Assembly: GCA_051306295.1 (NCBI GenBank)
Contig: JBPPMZ010000069.1
Span: forward strand, 17,998 to 81,997
DNA length: 64,000 nt
From: Candidatus Limnocylindrales bacterium
GTDB taxonomy: Bacteria > Chloroflexota > Limnocylindria > Limnocylindrales > CSP1-4
Reading direction: 5' to 3'
Shown: positions 44,562 to 54,355 of the stretch, piece by piece
How the letters are laid out: each line of letters starts with the position of its first letter
How positions within the stretch are numbered: position 1 is the stretch's first letter
Position numbers and translations under genes: made by a program
Notes under the pieces: generated by a model
Databases searched by the model: none
Seen by the model: only the letters and a program-made list of their open reading frames with translations
What the model was told of the DNA's origin: nothing

Positions 44562-44697
44562 CCCCTAACCTCCCGGGCCGTGCCGGGCACCTGCGGTATC
44601 ATCGGGCGGCGTCAGGCGACCAGCGAGGCGCGCGAACCACCTGAGATCCGATGCCCACCCGACCGCAGCGTACCGCCGCAAGCCAGCCCACCGACCG

Positions 44698-45267
44698 ATG
44701 AGCCGACGACACCACGGCCGGACCCGTCACACGGGACGGAGCCGCGCGGACGCGCCGGCCGCCACCAGCGACCTCGCGCCCGGTTCGCCATCCGGGCCGC
44801 CTGCGCCCGCTGCGCCAGTGCTCCCGGTCGTGGCCGATCCGCCGCCCGCTCCGGCGCCTCGCCATGACCCGCTGCCGCCCCCGTCCAGCCGTGCGCCGGC
44901 GCCCCAGGGGCACGTCCAAGCTCCGATGAACGGCCACGCACCGACCAACGGGCCGGTCCCGACGAACGGCAACGCGCCGATGCCCGCGTCGGGCTGCACG
45001 GCCCCCCAGCTGCGCCGGTTCATCAAGAGCCGTCCGTACGTCCCGATGCATGAACTGCGTCGCCGTTTCGGGATCTACGGGAGCGACGATGACGTGTCGC
45101 AGGTCCGGATGGACATCGGGGCCATCTATGTCGGCCTGCCGGAGCGCGAGGGCTCCCTGTTGGGCGAGCTCCTGCGCTCCGGCGATATCGGTTACGAACT
45201 ATCGCTCGACCCGCGCACGCCGATCGTCATCGGCGTGTACCCGATGCGTCCGGTACCGCGCGGCTGA
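44698..45267 (+). CDS. Hypothetical protein with Pro/Ala-rich N-terminus. True start may be ATG 44926.
   Basis: Only the C-terminal ~90 aa look globular. Confidence 0.3.
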   Translation: MSRRHHGRTRHTGRSRADAPAATSDLAPGSPSGPPAPAAPVLPVVADPPPAPAPRHDPLPPPSSRAPAPQGHVQAPMNGHAPTNGPVPTNGNAPMPASGCTAPQLRRFIKSRPYVPMHELRRRFGIYGSDDDVSQVRMDIGAIYVGLPEREGSLLGELLRSGDIGYELSLDPRTPIVIGVYPMRPVPRG

Positions 45268-45291
45268 TCGTCGCCCGCGTACCATCTGGCC

Positions 45292-46032
45292 ATGGTCGGC
45301 GCCCTGGATCCCACCGCGAAGGCGGCGTTCGGCGCCCTGCGCCAGTGCCGCCTGTTTGCCGGGCTTGACGATGGGTCACTCGGCATCGTGGCCGCGGCGC
45401 TGCGCCCCAGACGTTTCCGTCGCGGCGAGACGATCTTCCATGCCGGCGACCCAGGCGACGCCCTGTTCGTCGTGGCCAGCGGCCAGGTGAAGATCACCAT
45501 CCCGCCAGATGGCGGATCGGAGCCCGCCATCCTGACGACCATCGGTCCCGGCGGGTTCTTCGGCGAGCTGGCCTTGCTCGATGGGGCGCGCCGCTCTGCG
45601 ACCGCCGTCGCGCTGGACGCGGTCACGACCGAGGTGCTCCGCCGCGACGCCTTCGATCGCTTGGTCGACGAGCAGCCGCCCCTGCGGCGCGCCTTGCTGG
45701 CGGCGCTCGCCGGCGAGGTCCGGCGGTTGACCGTGCAGGTCGAGGAACTGCACTTCCTTGACCTTCCGGGTCGACTGGCGCGCCACTTGTTGCGCTCGGC
45801 GGCCGGCGCGGGCACCGGCGATAGTGGTGACGTCGAAGCGGAGCTTCCCGTCGGCGAGATCCGGATGCCATGGCCGTACACGCAGGCGGAGCTCGCGGGC
45901 ATGATCGGCGGATCTCGGCAGACCGTGAATCGGCTGCTCGCCGACTTCGTGGGCGCGGGCCTCTTGCGCTTCGAGGGCGACGAACTGGTCATCCCCGACG
46001 CCCGGCGGCTGGAGGCCGCGGCCCGCCGATGA
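45292..46032 (+). CDS. Crp/Fnr family transcriptional regulator (cNMP-binding plus HTH)
   Basis: FGELALLDGARRSATAVA cNMP-binding motif. C-terminal HTH RQTVNRLL. Confidence 0.85.
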   Translation: MVGALDPTAKAAFGALRQCRLFAGLDDGSLGIVAAALRPRRFRRGETIFHAGDPGDALFVVASGQVKITIPPDGGSEPAILTTIGPGGFFGELALLDGARRSATAVALDAVTTEVLRRDAFDRLVDEQPPLRRALLAALAGEVRRLTVQVEELHFLDLPGRLARHLLRSAAGAGTGDSGDVEAELPVGEIRMPWPYTQAELAGMIGGSRQTVNRLLADFVGAGLLRFEGDELVIPDARRLEAAARR

Positions 46033-46877
46033 CGGACGCGCCGCGGGACCCCGCCGCCGTCGAAGCCGCGACCGACCTGTTGTTGGCGGTCGCCCGGAGG
46101 CTGGAGGCCGTTGATCGCCTCACGGCGACGAGCGCGGGCGGGACGCTCGCCGATGAGCCGATGCTGACCGCCGTCGCCCGGACAGCCACGGTCGTCCTGG
46201 AGGCCCAGGCCGCGTCCATCGCGCTGCACCAACCGGCCGACGATCGGCTCGTCTTCGTGGCGGCGGCTGGTCCGGCGGCCGGTGACGTCGTGGGCTTGGG
46301 GATCGATGCTGCAGCGGGGATCGCTGGCTACGCCTTCTCGACTGGTCAGCCCCTGGCCGTCGCCGACGTGAGCGCCGATCCGCGATTCGACCGGACGATC
46401 GCCGAGGCCACGGGGTATGTGCCTCGGTCCCTCCTGGCCACGCCGCTCATCGACGAACTCGGCACGATCGGCGTGCTGGAGGTCCTGGACCGGCGCGACG
46501 GCACCTTCAGCCTTCGCGACCTGGACCTCGCCGCCACGCTGGCTGCGGAGGCGACGATCATCGTGCGCCGGAGTCAGACCGGTCGTGAGGCGACCCGCCT
46601 GTTGCGCGGGGCCTTGACCTCGTTGGTGGCCGCGGACGCGGCGTCGGCCGACGCGCCACCGCGTGATATCGATATCGACGCCATCGTCAGCGGTCTGGCC
46701 GCGCGCCTGGCAGAAGACGCCGACGACCCGACGTGGCGCCTGGCCGACCAGCTCGCGCGCCTGCTTGCCAGCGACCCGGACCGCCTGGAGCTTGCGGTCG
46801 ATTGGCTGGACGCGCTATTGCGGCGGACGGACCGGCACGCCGGCCGATCCGGCTCGGCGGGCGCGGGCCGGCGGTGA
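46029..46877 (+). CDS. GAF domain protein
   Basis: ATGA-coupled. GAF core. Confidence 0.65.
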   Translation: MTDAPRDPAAVEAATDLLLAVARRLEAVDRLTATSAGGTLADEPMLTAVARTATVVLEAQAASIALHQPADDRLVFVAAAGPAAGDVVGLGIDAAAGIAGYAFSTGQPLAVADVSADPRFDRTIAEATGYVPRSLLATPLIDELGTIGVLEVLDRRDGTFSLRDLDLAATLAAEATIIVRRSQTGREATRLLRGALTSLVAADAASADAPPRDIDIDAIVSGLAARLAEDADDPTWRLADQLARLLASDPDRLELAVDWLDALLRRTDRHAGRSGSAGAGRR

Positions 46878-47686
46878 CCGGTCCGGTCCCGGCCTGGAGC
46901 GAGGCGTTCGCCGCCGAGTCGCGCGGAACGCTCCACCGGCAGATGCCGCTGGGTGCCCTCGATCGAACCGAGGTGTTCGGCGATGCGGACGGCCGGGGCG
47001 TCCGTGTGGCGATCATCGATTCCGGGGTCGACGCCGACCACCCGGCGCTCAGCGGGCGCGCCGTGCGACGCTTGCGCGTCGAGTTGCGGGGGGACGACGC
47101 CGTCGTCGTCGACGACCCGGACGCCGGCGACCTGGTCGGACACGGAACCGCGTGCGCCGGGATCGTGGCCGGCATCGCCCCAGCGGCCGAGTTGGTCTCG
47201 ATCCGAGTCCTGGGCGCCGACAACCGCGGCAAGGGTCGCGCGCTGGCGGCCGCGGTCGAATGGGCCGTGGACGCGGGCATCGCCGTCGTGAACCTGAGCC
47301 TCTCGTCCCGCTCAGAGGCCATGTTCGCGGCATTCCACGACCTCGCGGATCGGGCGTATTTCGCCAACTGCCTGCTGGTCTGCGCGGCGAACAACATCCC
47401 GGGCCCGTCCTACCCGTCGCTGTTCGCCGCGGTCCTGTCGGTGGCGGCCCACGACGTGGCCGACCCTGACGTTTGGTTCTACAACCCATCGCCGCCGGTC
47501 GAATTCGGGGCGTATGGGCTGGATGTGGACGTGGCGTGGCGGGACGGTGGTCGGATCCGGGCCACGGGGAATTCCTTCGCGGCCCCGCATCTCGCTGGCC
47601 AGGCGGCGCGCCTGCGGTCGCGCTATCCGGCGGCGTCCCCGTTCGAGATCAAGGCCCTCCTCGCCGCCACCGCCACACAGGTCTGA
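46874..47686 (+). CDS. S8 (subtilisin-like) serine peptidase, no signal peptide
   Basis: Catalytic triad motifs DSGVD, HGTACAG, GNSFAAP. GTGA-coupled. Confidence 0.85.
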   Translation: MTGPVPAWSEAFAAESRGTLHRQMPLGALDRTEVFGDADGRGVRVAIIDSGVDADHPALSGRAVRRLRVELRGDDAVVVDDPDAGDLVGHGTACAGIVAGIAPAAELVSIRVLGADNRGKGRALAAAVEWAVDAGIAVVNLSLSSRSEAMFAAFHDLADRAYFANCLLVCAANNIPGPSYPSLFAAVLSVAAHDVADPDVWFYNPSPPVEFGAYGLDVDVAWRDGGRIRATGNSFAAPHLAGQAARLRSRYPAASPFEIKALLAATATQV

Positions 47687-47777
47687 AGGTCTTACCTGCC
47701 CCCGGCCCATAACCGTGCTTCCCAGGCGGTCCGCGGCCCACGGGGCCCGCATCCCACGATCCTCGCCCAGAATCGAA

Positions 47778-47803
47778 CGACCGCCCGGCGGACCGGGCGG
47801 TCG
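47778..47803. terminator. GC-rich perfect hairpin CGACCGCCCGG-cgga-CCGGGCGGTCG between convergent genes (no U-tract)
   Basis: 11-bp perfect stem. Confidence 0.4.
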
Positions 47804-47844
47804 GGTCGAGGTGCGAGGCTCATCTACTGCCGAAGGCGGTGCCC

Positions 47845-48042
47845 CTAGACGTCGTCCTCGTCCTCGACCGGGCTCGGGATGTTCTCGCCACCGTGGCCGG
47901 GTCGGCTACCACCGATGAGGCTCGGCGGCGGAGTCAGCGGGATGCCGTGCCCCTCGACGTCGTCACCGTCGACGATGCTCCTGCCCTGACCCTCGGGGTC
48001 CGTCAGGCCTTCCTTGGGGAGTTGGTAGCGCTGCTTGGCCAT
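47845..48042 (-). CDS. Small acidic protein (65 aa), hypothetical
   Basis: MAKQRYQLPKEGLTDPEGQGRSIVDGDDVEGHGIPLTPPPSLIGGSRPGHGGENIPSPVEDEDDV. GGAGGG SD 8 nt upstream. Confidence 0.45.
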   Translation of the reverse strand: MAKQRYQLPKEGLTDPEGQGRSIVDGDDVEGHGIPLTPPPSLIGGSRPGHGGENIPSPVEDEDDV

Positions 48043-48142
48043 GATCGAAGCCCTCCATGGTGTCCATCGATCTCGATGTCGATGGGCGGACTGTACGCCG
48101 CCGTGGGGCGGCACGACTAGGCCGCGCACGACGCGCGGGTTG

Positions 48143-49981
48143 TCAGCTACCTGACACGCCACCCTCGCCGTAGGAGCGAGGAAGCGCCTCGACCGTGGGC
48201 CGCGGCGTGCGCAGATCGCGCAGCGACTCCTGGTCCACGCCGGCGAGGCGCGGCAGGTCCGCCGACTCGGTCCGCAGCAGGCGCGACGTGAGGGTCGAGA
48301 ACACCAGTCTCTGGATCTCGGGCACGACCATCGTCGCGCGCAGTGCGTCGGCCGGCACCTCCAGGAGGATGGCGTCCTCCTCCGCGACGACATCGGCCGT
48401 CCGCGGGCTGCCGGTCAGGGCCGCGATCTCGCCGAAGAAGTCGCCGGCGCGCATCGTCGATAGACCGCGGTAGCCGCCGTCATCCTGTGGGATCCCCGCC
48501 GCCGCGACACCATCAAGGACGAAGTACGCCGACGACGCGACCTCACCGACCTGCACGATGCGCGTCCCGGAGGGAACGTCCCGGACGGTGGCATCGCGGA
48601 TGAAGGCCGCTCGCTGCTCCGGCGAGAGCCGGCTGAACGTCCCGAGGCGTCCCACCAGCCGATCGAAGTCGGCCGGCCTGGCCGCCCGCACCGGGATCGA
48701 GGCAAGGCTGGGTGCCCCCGCCATGGCCGCCGCCAGCCGCGCCGAGGCTGCCCGCCAGGTGGTGATGCCCAGGCCCGGGGCGACCAGGGTGAACGCCGCC
48801 GATACGAACAGCAGCGAGGAGGCGACGATGATGAGCAGGCGGATATCGACGATGTCGGCCAGGCCGGCGCCGGCCATGCCCAGCAGGAAGATGACATCGC
48901 GCATGACGTAGAACGCCGAGAACACGCGTCCCCGCATCTCGCGCGGCGTGTTCCGCTGAAGGATGACCGAGCGCGACACCGATGAGGGCGGCTGGAGGAG
49001 CCCGCTGATGGTCACGAGCAGGATGGCCGGCCCCACTTCTGTGGAGAAGGCGTAGCCGATCCCGGCGATGCCCATCCCGATCAGCGACACGACGATCCAG
49101 GCCGGTTCCGGCAGGAGCCGCGCGAAGCGCGCCATCAGCAATGACCCGGCCACGAACCCGACGGACGTGAGGCCTTCCTGCAGGCCGTACTCGAACTCCG
49201 TTGCGTTCAGTTCCCGGATGGAGAACGGCAGCAGGAGCACGTTCCACAGGCCGAAGGCCACGAACATGAACGCCCCGACGACGAACAGCGAGCGGATGAT
49301 CGGCGTCCCGAACAACGTGCGTATCCCGACCTTCAGGTTCGCCACGATGACCGCGACGCTGGCCTCCTCATCGGGCACCGGCATCGGGTAGCGCCCCATG
49401 AGCGAGATGAGGACGGCGCAGATGACGAACGAGGCCGCGTCCAGGATGAACGCCCAGGTCAAGCCGACGGTGCTCGCCAGCAGGCCGGCGCCGGCGAACC
49501 CGATGGCCGTCGAACCGAACGCCGCGATCGAGAGGAAGGCGTTCGCTGACGTCAGCTCCTCATCGCTGGCCATCTCCGGGATCAGGCTGTCGTGCGCCGG
49601 ATCGAAGAACTGCTTTACCCCGGCGTTGAGCAGGATCAGGGCGTACAGCCCGATGATCGAATCCATCTCCACGGTCAAGGCGATGAACCCGACGATGACC
49701 GACTGGATGAGGCACGTGACGATGAGGATCTTCTTGCGATCGTGGCGGTCGACGTAGACGCCCGCAAGCAGGCCGACGATGAGGCTGGGGACGGCCGTGG
49801 CCATGAGCGTCAGCCCGACCGCCAACGCGGACCCCGTCTCGCGATAGACCCAGATCCCGGCCGCGAGGTCGGTCAGCGACGACCCGGCGGTGGAGATGAG
49901 CTGCGCGAGCCACAGCAGGGAGAAGTCCCGGCGGCGGAACACCGCGAACATCGAGGGTGCCGGTGCGACGGCAGTGCTCAT
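48143..49981 (-). CDS. MFS transporter fused to a C-terminal cyclic-nucleotide-binding domain
   Basis: 12 TM MFS core from MSTAVAPAPSMFAVFRRRDF, then FGEIALLTGSPRTADVVA cNMP motif. Confidence 0.75.
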   Translation of the reverse strand: MSTAVAPAPSMFAVFRRRDFSLLWLAQLISTAGSSLTDLAAGIWVYRETGSALAVGLTLMATAVPSLIVGLLAGVYVDRHDRKKILIVTCLIQSVIVGFIALTVEMDSIIGLYALILLNAGVKQFFDPAHDSLIPEMASDEELTSANAFLSIAAFGSTAIGFAGAGLLASTVGLTWAFILDAASFVICAVLISLMGRYPMPVPDEEASVAVIVANLKVGIRTLFGTPIIRSLFVVGAFMFVAFGLWNVLLLPFSIRELNATEFEYGLQEGLTSVGFVAGSLLMARFARLLPEPAWIVVSLIGMGIAGIGYAFSTEVGPAILLVTISGLLQPPSSVSRSVILQRNTPREMRGRVFSAFYVMRDVIFLLGMAGAGLADIVDIRLLIIVASSLLFVSAAFTLVAPGLGITTWRAASARLAAAMAGAPSLASIPVRAARPADFDRLVGRLGTFSRLSPEQRAAFIRDATVRDVPSGTRIVQVGEVASSAYFVLDGVAAAGIPQDDGGYRGLSTMRAGDFFGEIAALTGSPRTADVVAEEDAILLEVPADALRATMVVPEIQRLVFSTLTSRLLRTESADLPRLAGVDQESLRDLRTPRPTVEALPRSYGEGGVSGS

Positions 49982-50031
49982 CCAGCCTCCAGGCGATGCC
50001 GGGTCGACGTCATCCGACCGTGGTCGGGAGT

Positions 50032-50595
50032 CTAGACGGCGCGTCGAGGCACCGTGACGCCCTCCCGCGCAAGGAGCTGCTGTTTGCGATCCAGGGCGTC
50101 GCCACGCCCGCCGGGTTCGTCGCCGCCATAGCCGCCCAGGGTCCCATCGGCTGCGATGACGCGATGGCAGGGGATGAGCAGGGCGATGGGACAGCGACCG
50201 ACCGCCCCGCCGACGGCTCGCGCGGCTCGCGGCGCGCCTACGCGCCGTGCGATCTCGCCATAGCTCGCCGTTTCGCCCCAGCCGAGCGAACGTACCGCCC
50301 CAAGGACGGCCTGATCGAAGGTGGGACGATCGGCGAGGTCGAGCGGCACGGAGGCGAGATCCTGCGACCGCCTGGTCAGGATGGCGTCGATCGCCGGCCG
50401 CCATCGACGCAGGAAGTCAGCCGCCGGCCCCTCCCTCACCGACTCGATCGAGCCCAGGCGTCGACCCAGATCACGCTCCATGGCCGACTCGTCGCCCCAC
50501 CACTCGGCCGCCACCACACCACGTTCCGTGGCGGCCACGGTCAACGGTCCATCGGGGCCGGGTAGGACCAGGACGGCGATCGGTTTGGCGCTCAT
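50032..50595 (-). CDS. ogt: Methylated-DNA-protein-cysteine methyltransferase
   Basis: PCHRV active-site motif. Confidence 0.85.
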   Translation of the reverse strand: MSAKPIAVLVLPGPDGPLTVAATERGVVAAEWWGDESAMERDLGRRLGSIESVREGPAADFLRRWRPAIDAILTRRSQDLASVPLDLADRPTFDQAVLGAVRSLGWGETASYGEIARRVGAPRAARAVGGAVGRCPIALLIPCHRVIAADGTLGGYGGDEPGGRGDALDRKQQLLAREGVTVPRRAV

Positions 50596-50647
50596 CGTCG
50601 CGGCAGTGTGCCTGAACCTTGCCACCGCTCGCTTGCCGTCGTCTGCT

Positions 50648-50664
50648 ATACTCCCCTGGAGTAT
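50648..50664. promoter_or_regulatory. 17-bp perfect palindrome ATACTCC-CCT-GGAGTAT overlapping a TATACT -10 box and the copA ATG. Candidate metal-responsive operator.
   Basis: Perfect 7-3-7 inverted repeat. Same half-sites as at 15644-15660. Confidence 0.5.
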
Positions 50665-53383
50665 GAGAACCTTGAGCCCGACCCCTCCGCCAACCACCGA
50701 GATCCAGCTGCCCATCGAGGGCATGACCTGCGCGTCGTGCGTGAATCGCATCGAGCGATTCCTGAACAAGACGGACGGCGTCGAAGTCGCGACCGTCAAC
50801 CTCGCCACGGAGATGGCGACCATCCGCTACCTGCCCGACGTCGCCGGTCGCGAGGCGTTCGTCGCCGCGGTCGAGGCCGCCGGCTACGACGTCCGTGCCG
50901 TCCAGGAGCGGACCGCCGACGCCCCGCCCGTGACCCTCGCCGACGAGTTCACGGCCGAGGACCTGGAGCGCGAGCGCCACACCCGAACCCTGCTGCGCGA
51001 GGCGGTCGTCTCGATCGGCGTCGCGTTGCTGATCATGGTCGCGATGTTCACCCCGCAGACCAGCGTCGCGATGGAGGACATCAACCGGATCGTCCTGGTC
51101 CCGGCCACGATCATCCAGGTCTGGGCCGGCCGGCGCTTCTATCGGGCCGCGTGGCGGGCGATCAGCCACCGGACCACGAACATGGACACGCTCGTCGTGG
51201 TCGGCACGAGCGCCGCCTGGCTGTACAGCGTGTTCGTGACGTTCTTCCCCGAGGTCATCCACGAGGCCGGGCTGCACCCCGAGACCTACTTCGACTCGTC
51301 GACCATCATCATCGGCCTCATCCTGCTGGGTCGCTGGCTGGAGGCCCGGGCCAAGAGCAGCACGACCGGCGCGATCCGGCGCCTCATCGGCCTGCAGGCC
51401 ACCACGGCCCGGGTCGTCCGCGACGGTCGGGAGGAGGACGTCGCTCTGGAGGCGGTCGTCGTCGGCGACCTGCTCCGGGTCCGGCCGGGCGACAAGATCC
51501 CGGTCGACGGCGTCCTGGTCGAGGGCGCGTCGTCGGTCGATGCCAGCATGCTCACCGGCGAGCCGATGCCCGTCGAGAAGGGTCCCGGCGACGAGGTCAT
51601 CGGCGCGACCCTGAACACCACCGGCACGTTCGTCATGCGCGCCACCGCGGTCGGGCGCGACACCGCCCTGGCCCGGATCGTGGACCTGGTCAGCCGCGCC
51701 CAGGGCAGCAAGGCCCCCATCCAGCGTCTGGCCGATCGCATCGCCGAGGTCTTCGTGCCGATCGTGCTCGTCGTCGCGCTCGGGACGTTCGCGGTCTGGC
51801 TGCTGTTCGGCCCGGACCCGCGCCTGACTCTGGCGCTGACGTCGTTCATCGCGGTCGTGGTCATCGCCTGCCCGTGCGCCATGGGCCTCGCCACGCCGAC
51901 CGCGATCATGGTCGGGACGGGTCGCGGCGCGGAGGCCGGCATCCTCATCCGCGGCGGCGAAGCGCTTGAGACCGCCCATCGCGTGGACGCCGTCATCCTC
52001 GACAAGACCGGCACCCTGACCCTGGGCCGACCGACCGTCGCCGAGGTCGTGGCGGTGGCGGGCTTCAGCGCCCGCGACGTGCTGGACCTGGCGGCCTCGG
52101 CGGAGGCCGGCAGCGAGCATCCACTGGGTGCGGCGATCGTCGGACGCGCGCGCCAGGACGAGCTCGGCTTCGGCAAGATCGAGGCCTTCGAGTCGGTGAC
52201 CGGCGGCGGCGTGCGCGCGACCATCCGGACCGAGGCGGGCGAGCGTCACGAGGTCCTCGTCGGCAATCCACGCCTGCTCGGCAACGCGGGCATCGACCTC
52301 GCGCCGCTCGACGAGGCGATCTCCACTGCCACGGCCGCCGCCCGGACGCTGGCCATCGTGGCGGTGGACGGCCGCGCCGCCGGCCTGTTGGCGATCAGCG
52401 ACCCGGTCAAGGCTGAGTCCGCGATCGCCGTCCGGGAGCTGCTGGCTGCCGATATCGAGGTCTGGCTCGTGACCGGCGATGCCCGTGCCACGGCCGAGGC
52501 CGTTGCCGCCCAGGTCGGCATCCCGGCACACAACGTCCTCGCCGAGGTGCTGCCCGCCGACAAGGTCGCCGTCGTCGAGCGACTGCAGGCCCGTGGCCGG
52601 ATCGTGGCCATGGTCGGCGATGGCATCAACGACGCCCCGGCCCTCGCCCAGGCGGACCTCGGGATCGCGATCGGGACCGGGGCGGACGTGGCCATCGAGG
52701 CCGCCGGCGTGACCCTGGTCGGCGGCGATCCGCGCGGCGTCCCGGCGGCGATCGGGCTGTCGCGCGCGACGATGGGCGTCATCCGCCAGAACCTCTTCTG
52801 GGCGTTCGCCTACAACGTGCTGCTCATCCCGGTCGCCATGGGCGTGCTCTTCCCCGCGTTCGGCGTCCTGCTCTCGCCGGCCCTCGCGGCCGGAGCCATG
52901 GCCCTCTCGTCGGTCAGCGTCGTGGCCAACTCGCTCCGTCTGCGCCGCTATGACGCTCGTCCGGATGCAGCCCACCGGGTCGCCAGCGGGGGTGCGGTCG
53001 CGCGGGTGCGTGAGGCCTGGTTCCTGCTGGTCATCGCGCTCGCCTCGTTCGGTGTCGCCGGCGGCGTCCTGGCGGCCGACCAGGCGATCGAGGCCGGCGC
53101 CCAGCGTGTCGCGGTCCGCGCCGCCGATGTCCGTTTCATGCCCGCCGAGATCCGCGTGCAGGCAGGCCGGTTCGTGGTCGTCGAGTTCACCAACGACGAC
53201 CCGATCTTCCACGACTGGATGGTGGAAGGGGTCGCCAACGTTGACGCGGGCGCGCGGCCAGGCCAGACCCAGAAGATCCGCTTCCGGATCGACCAGCCAG
53301 GCACGTACGAGATCCTGTGCAGCGTCGAAGGCCATGCCGAGGCGGGCATGATGGGCACTCTGATCGTGGAGCCGGCCGAGTAG
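50663..53383 (+). CDS. copA: Copper-translocating P1B-type ATPase with N-terminal HMA domain and an additional C-terminal cupredoxin-like domain
   Basis: [27 protein letters not shown] motifs. C-terminal FHDW ... [17 protein letters not shown] (His, Cys, His, Met). Confidence 0.9.
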   Translation: MRTLSPTPPPTTEIQLPIEGMTCASCVNRIERFLNKTDGVEVATVNLATEMATIRYLPDVAGREAFVAAVEAAGYDVRAVQERTADAPPVTLADEFTAEDLERERHTRTLLREAVVSIGVALLIMVAMFTPQTSVAMEDINRIVLVPATIIQVWAGRRFYRAAWRAISHRTTNMDTLVVVGTSAAWLYSVFVTFFPEVIHEAGLHPETYFDSSTIIIGLILLGRWLEARAKSSTTGAIRRLIGLQATTARVVRDGREEDVALEAVVVGDLLRVRPGDKIPVDGVLVEGASSVDASMLTGEPMPVEKGPGDEVIGATLNTTGTFVMRATAVGRDTALARIVDLVSRAQGSKAPIQRLADRIAEVFVPIVLVVALGTFAVWLLFGPDPRLTLALTSFIAVVVIACPCAMGLATPTAIMVGTGRGAEAGILIRGGEALETAHRVDAVILDKTGTLTLGRPTVAEVVAVAGFSARDVLDLAASAEAGSEHPLGAAIVGRARQDELGFGKIEAFESVTGGGVRATIRTEAGERHEVLVGNPRLLGNAGIDLAPLDEAISTATAAARTLAIVAVDGRAAGLLAISDPVKAESAIAVRELLAADIEVWLVTGDARATAEAVAAQVGIPAHNVLAEVLPADKVAVVERLQARGRIVAMVGDGINDAPALAQADLGIAIGTGADVAIEAAGVTLVGGDPRGVPAAIGLSRATMGVIRQNLFWAFAYNVLLIPVAMGVLFPAFGVLLSPALAAGAMALSSVSVVANSLRLRRYDARPDAAHRVASGGAVARVREAWFLLVIALASFGVAGGVLAADQAIEAGAQRVAVRAADVRFMPAEIRVQAGRFVVVEFTNDDPIFHDWMVEGVANVDAGARPGQTQKIRFRIDQPGTYEILCSVEGHAEAGMMGTLIVEPAE

Positions 53384-53598
53384 CGCCTGCCTGCGGCGTC
53401 TGCGCCCAGCGAAGCAGGCGACCGACGATTCCCGGCCCGATCGCCGTTTGGTTCGCTGGGTGGAGCAGCTGACGGCCGGCCGGCCTCTCAGCCGCCCGAC
53501 CCTCCGCCCAGCGCACGGGATGACCGACTCGCCGGTCGCCTGCTCCGCTCAGCGAACGGCAGCCGGTCGCTTTGGCCGCCCGGCTCGGCACATAGCGC

Positions 53599-53627
53599 TT
53601 GACCGGCCGCATCGAGATGGCTAGATT
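53599..53627 (+). promoter_or_regulatory. Sigma-70-like promoter: -35 TTGACC, 17-bp spacer, -10 TAGATT. Predicted TSS at the vapB ATG (leaderless).
   Basis: Read directly. -10 ends 6 nt before ATG 53634. Confidence 0.5.
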
Positions 53628-53633
53628 GGCCAG

Positions 53634-53927
53634 ATGAAACGGGCGACGATCACCGAGGCCAAGAATGGGCTGTCGGCGCTCATCGATCGGGTGAAGGCCG
53701 GCGAATCGATCCTGATCACCGATCGCGGCGTCCCGGTCGCCCGACTCGCTCCGCCGACGAGCATCAGCAACGACGATGAGGGACGGCTGACCCGGCTCGA
53801 GCGGGCGGGGCTCATCACCCGAGGCACCGGAGACTTCAGCGCCTTCCTGCAGCGAGCACCGGTCGAGACCGTCGAAGGCCACGGCATCGTTGACCTCGTG
53901 CTCGAGGAACGTGAGTCAGGCTGGTGA
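53634..53927 (+). CDS. vapB: Type II antitoxin, Phd/YefM-VapB-like
   Basis: 97 aa, N-terminal MKRATITEAKNGLSALIDRV antitoxin fold. Overlaps vapC. Confidence 0.75.
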   Translation: MKRATITEAKNGLSALIDRVKAGESILITDRGVPVARLAPPTSISNDDEGRLTRLERAGLITRGTGDFSAFLQRAPVETVEGHGIVDLVLEERESGW

Positions 53928-54355
53928 GGTTCTGGGACACGTCGGCGCTCGTGCCACTGCTGCTGCGCGAGCCGCTCTCATCCAACGCGCGCGGCTGGCT
54001 TGCGGCTGATCCGGTGATCAGCGTGTGGTGGTCGACGCCCATCGAGTGTCTGTCCGCCATCGCCCGAGCCGAGCGCGACGGTCGCATCCAACCAGCCGTC
54101 GTGCCCGACGCCATCGCGGCCCTCCGCCTGCTGCGCAGCGGCTGGTCCGAGGTGGATGCGACGTCCCGACTGCGCGACATCGCCGAGCGCCTGGTCCGGA
54201 CGCATCCCCTCCGGGCGGCGGATGCGTGTCAGCTGGCGGCCGCCATCGTCGCTGCCGAAGGCGCGCCATCGGCGTTACCGTTCGTGACCCTTGACATGCG
54301 CCTGGCCGACGCAGCGGATCGGGAAGGCTTCGAGATCATCGGTTGCCGAGCATGA
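53924..54355 (+). CDS. vapC: PIN-domain ribonuclease toxin
   Basis: WDTSALV ... acidic PIN residues. GTG start overlapping vapB stop. Confidence 0.85.
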   Translation: MRFWDTSALVPLLLREPLSSNARGWLAADPVISVWWSTPIECLSAIARAERDGRIQPAVVPDAIAALRLLRSGWSEVDATSRLRDIAERLVRTHPLRAADACQLAAAIVAAEGAPSALPFVTLDMRLADAADREGFEIIGCRA

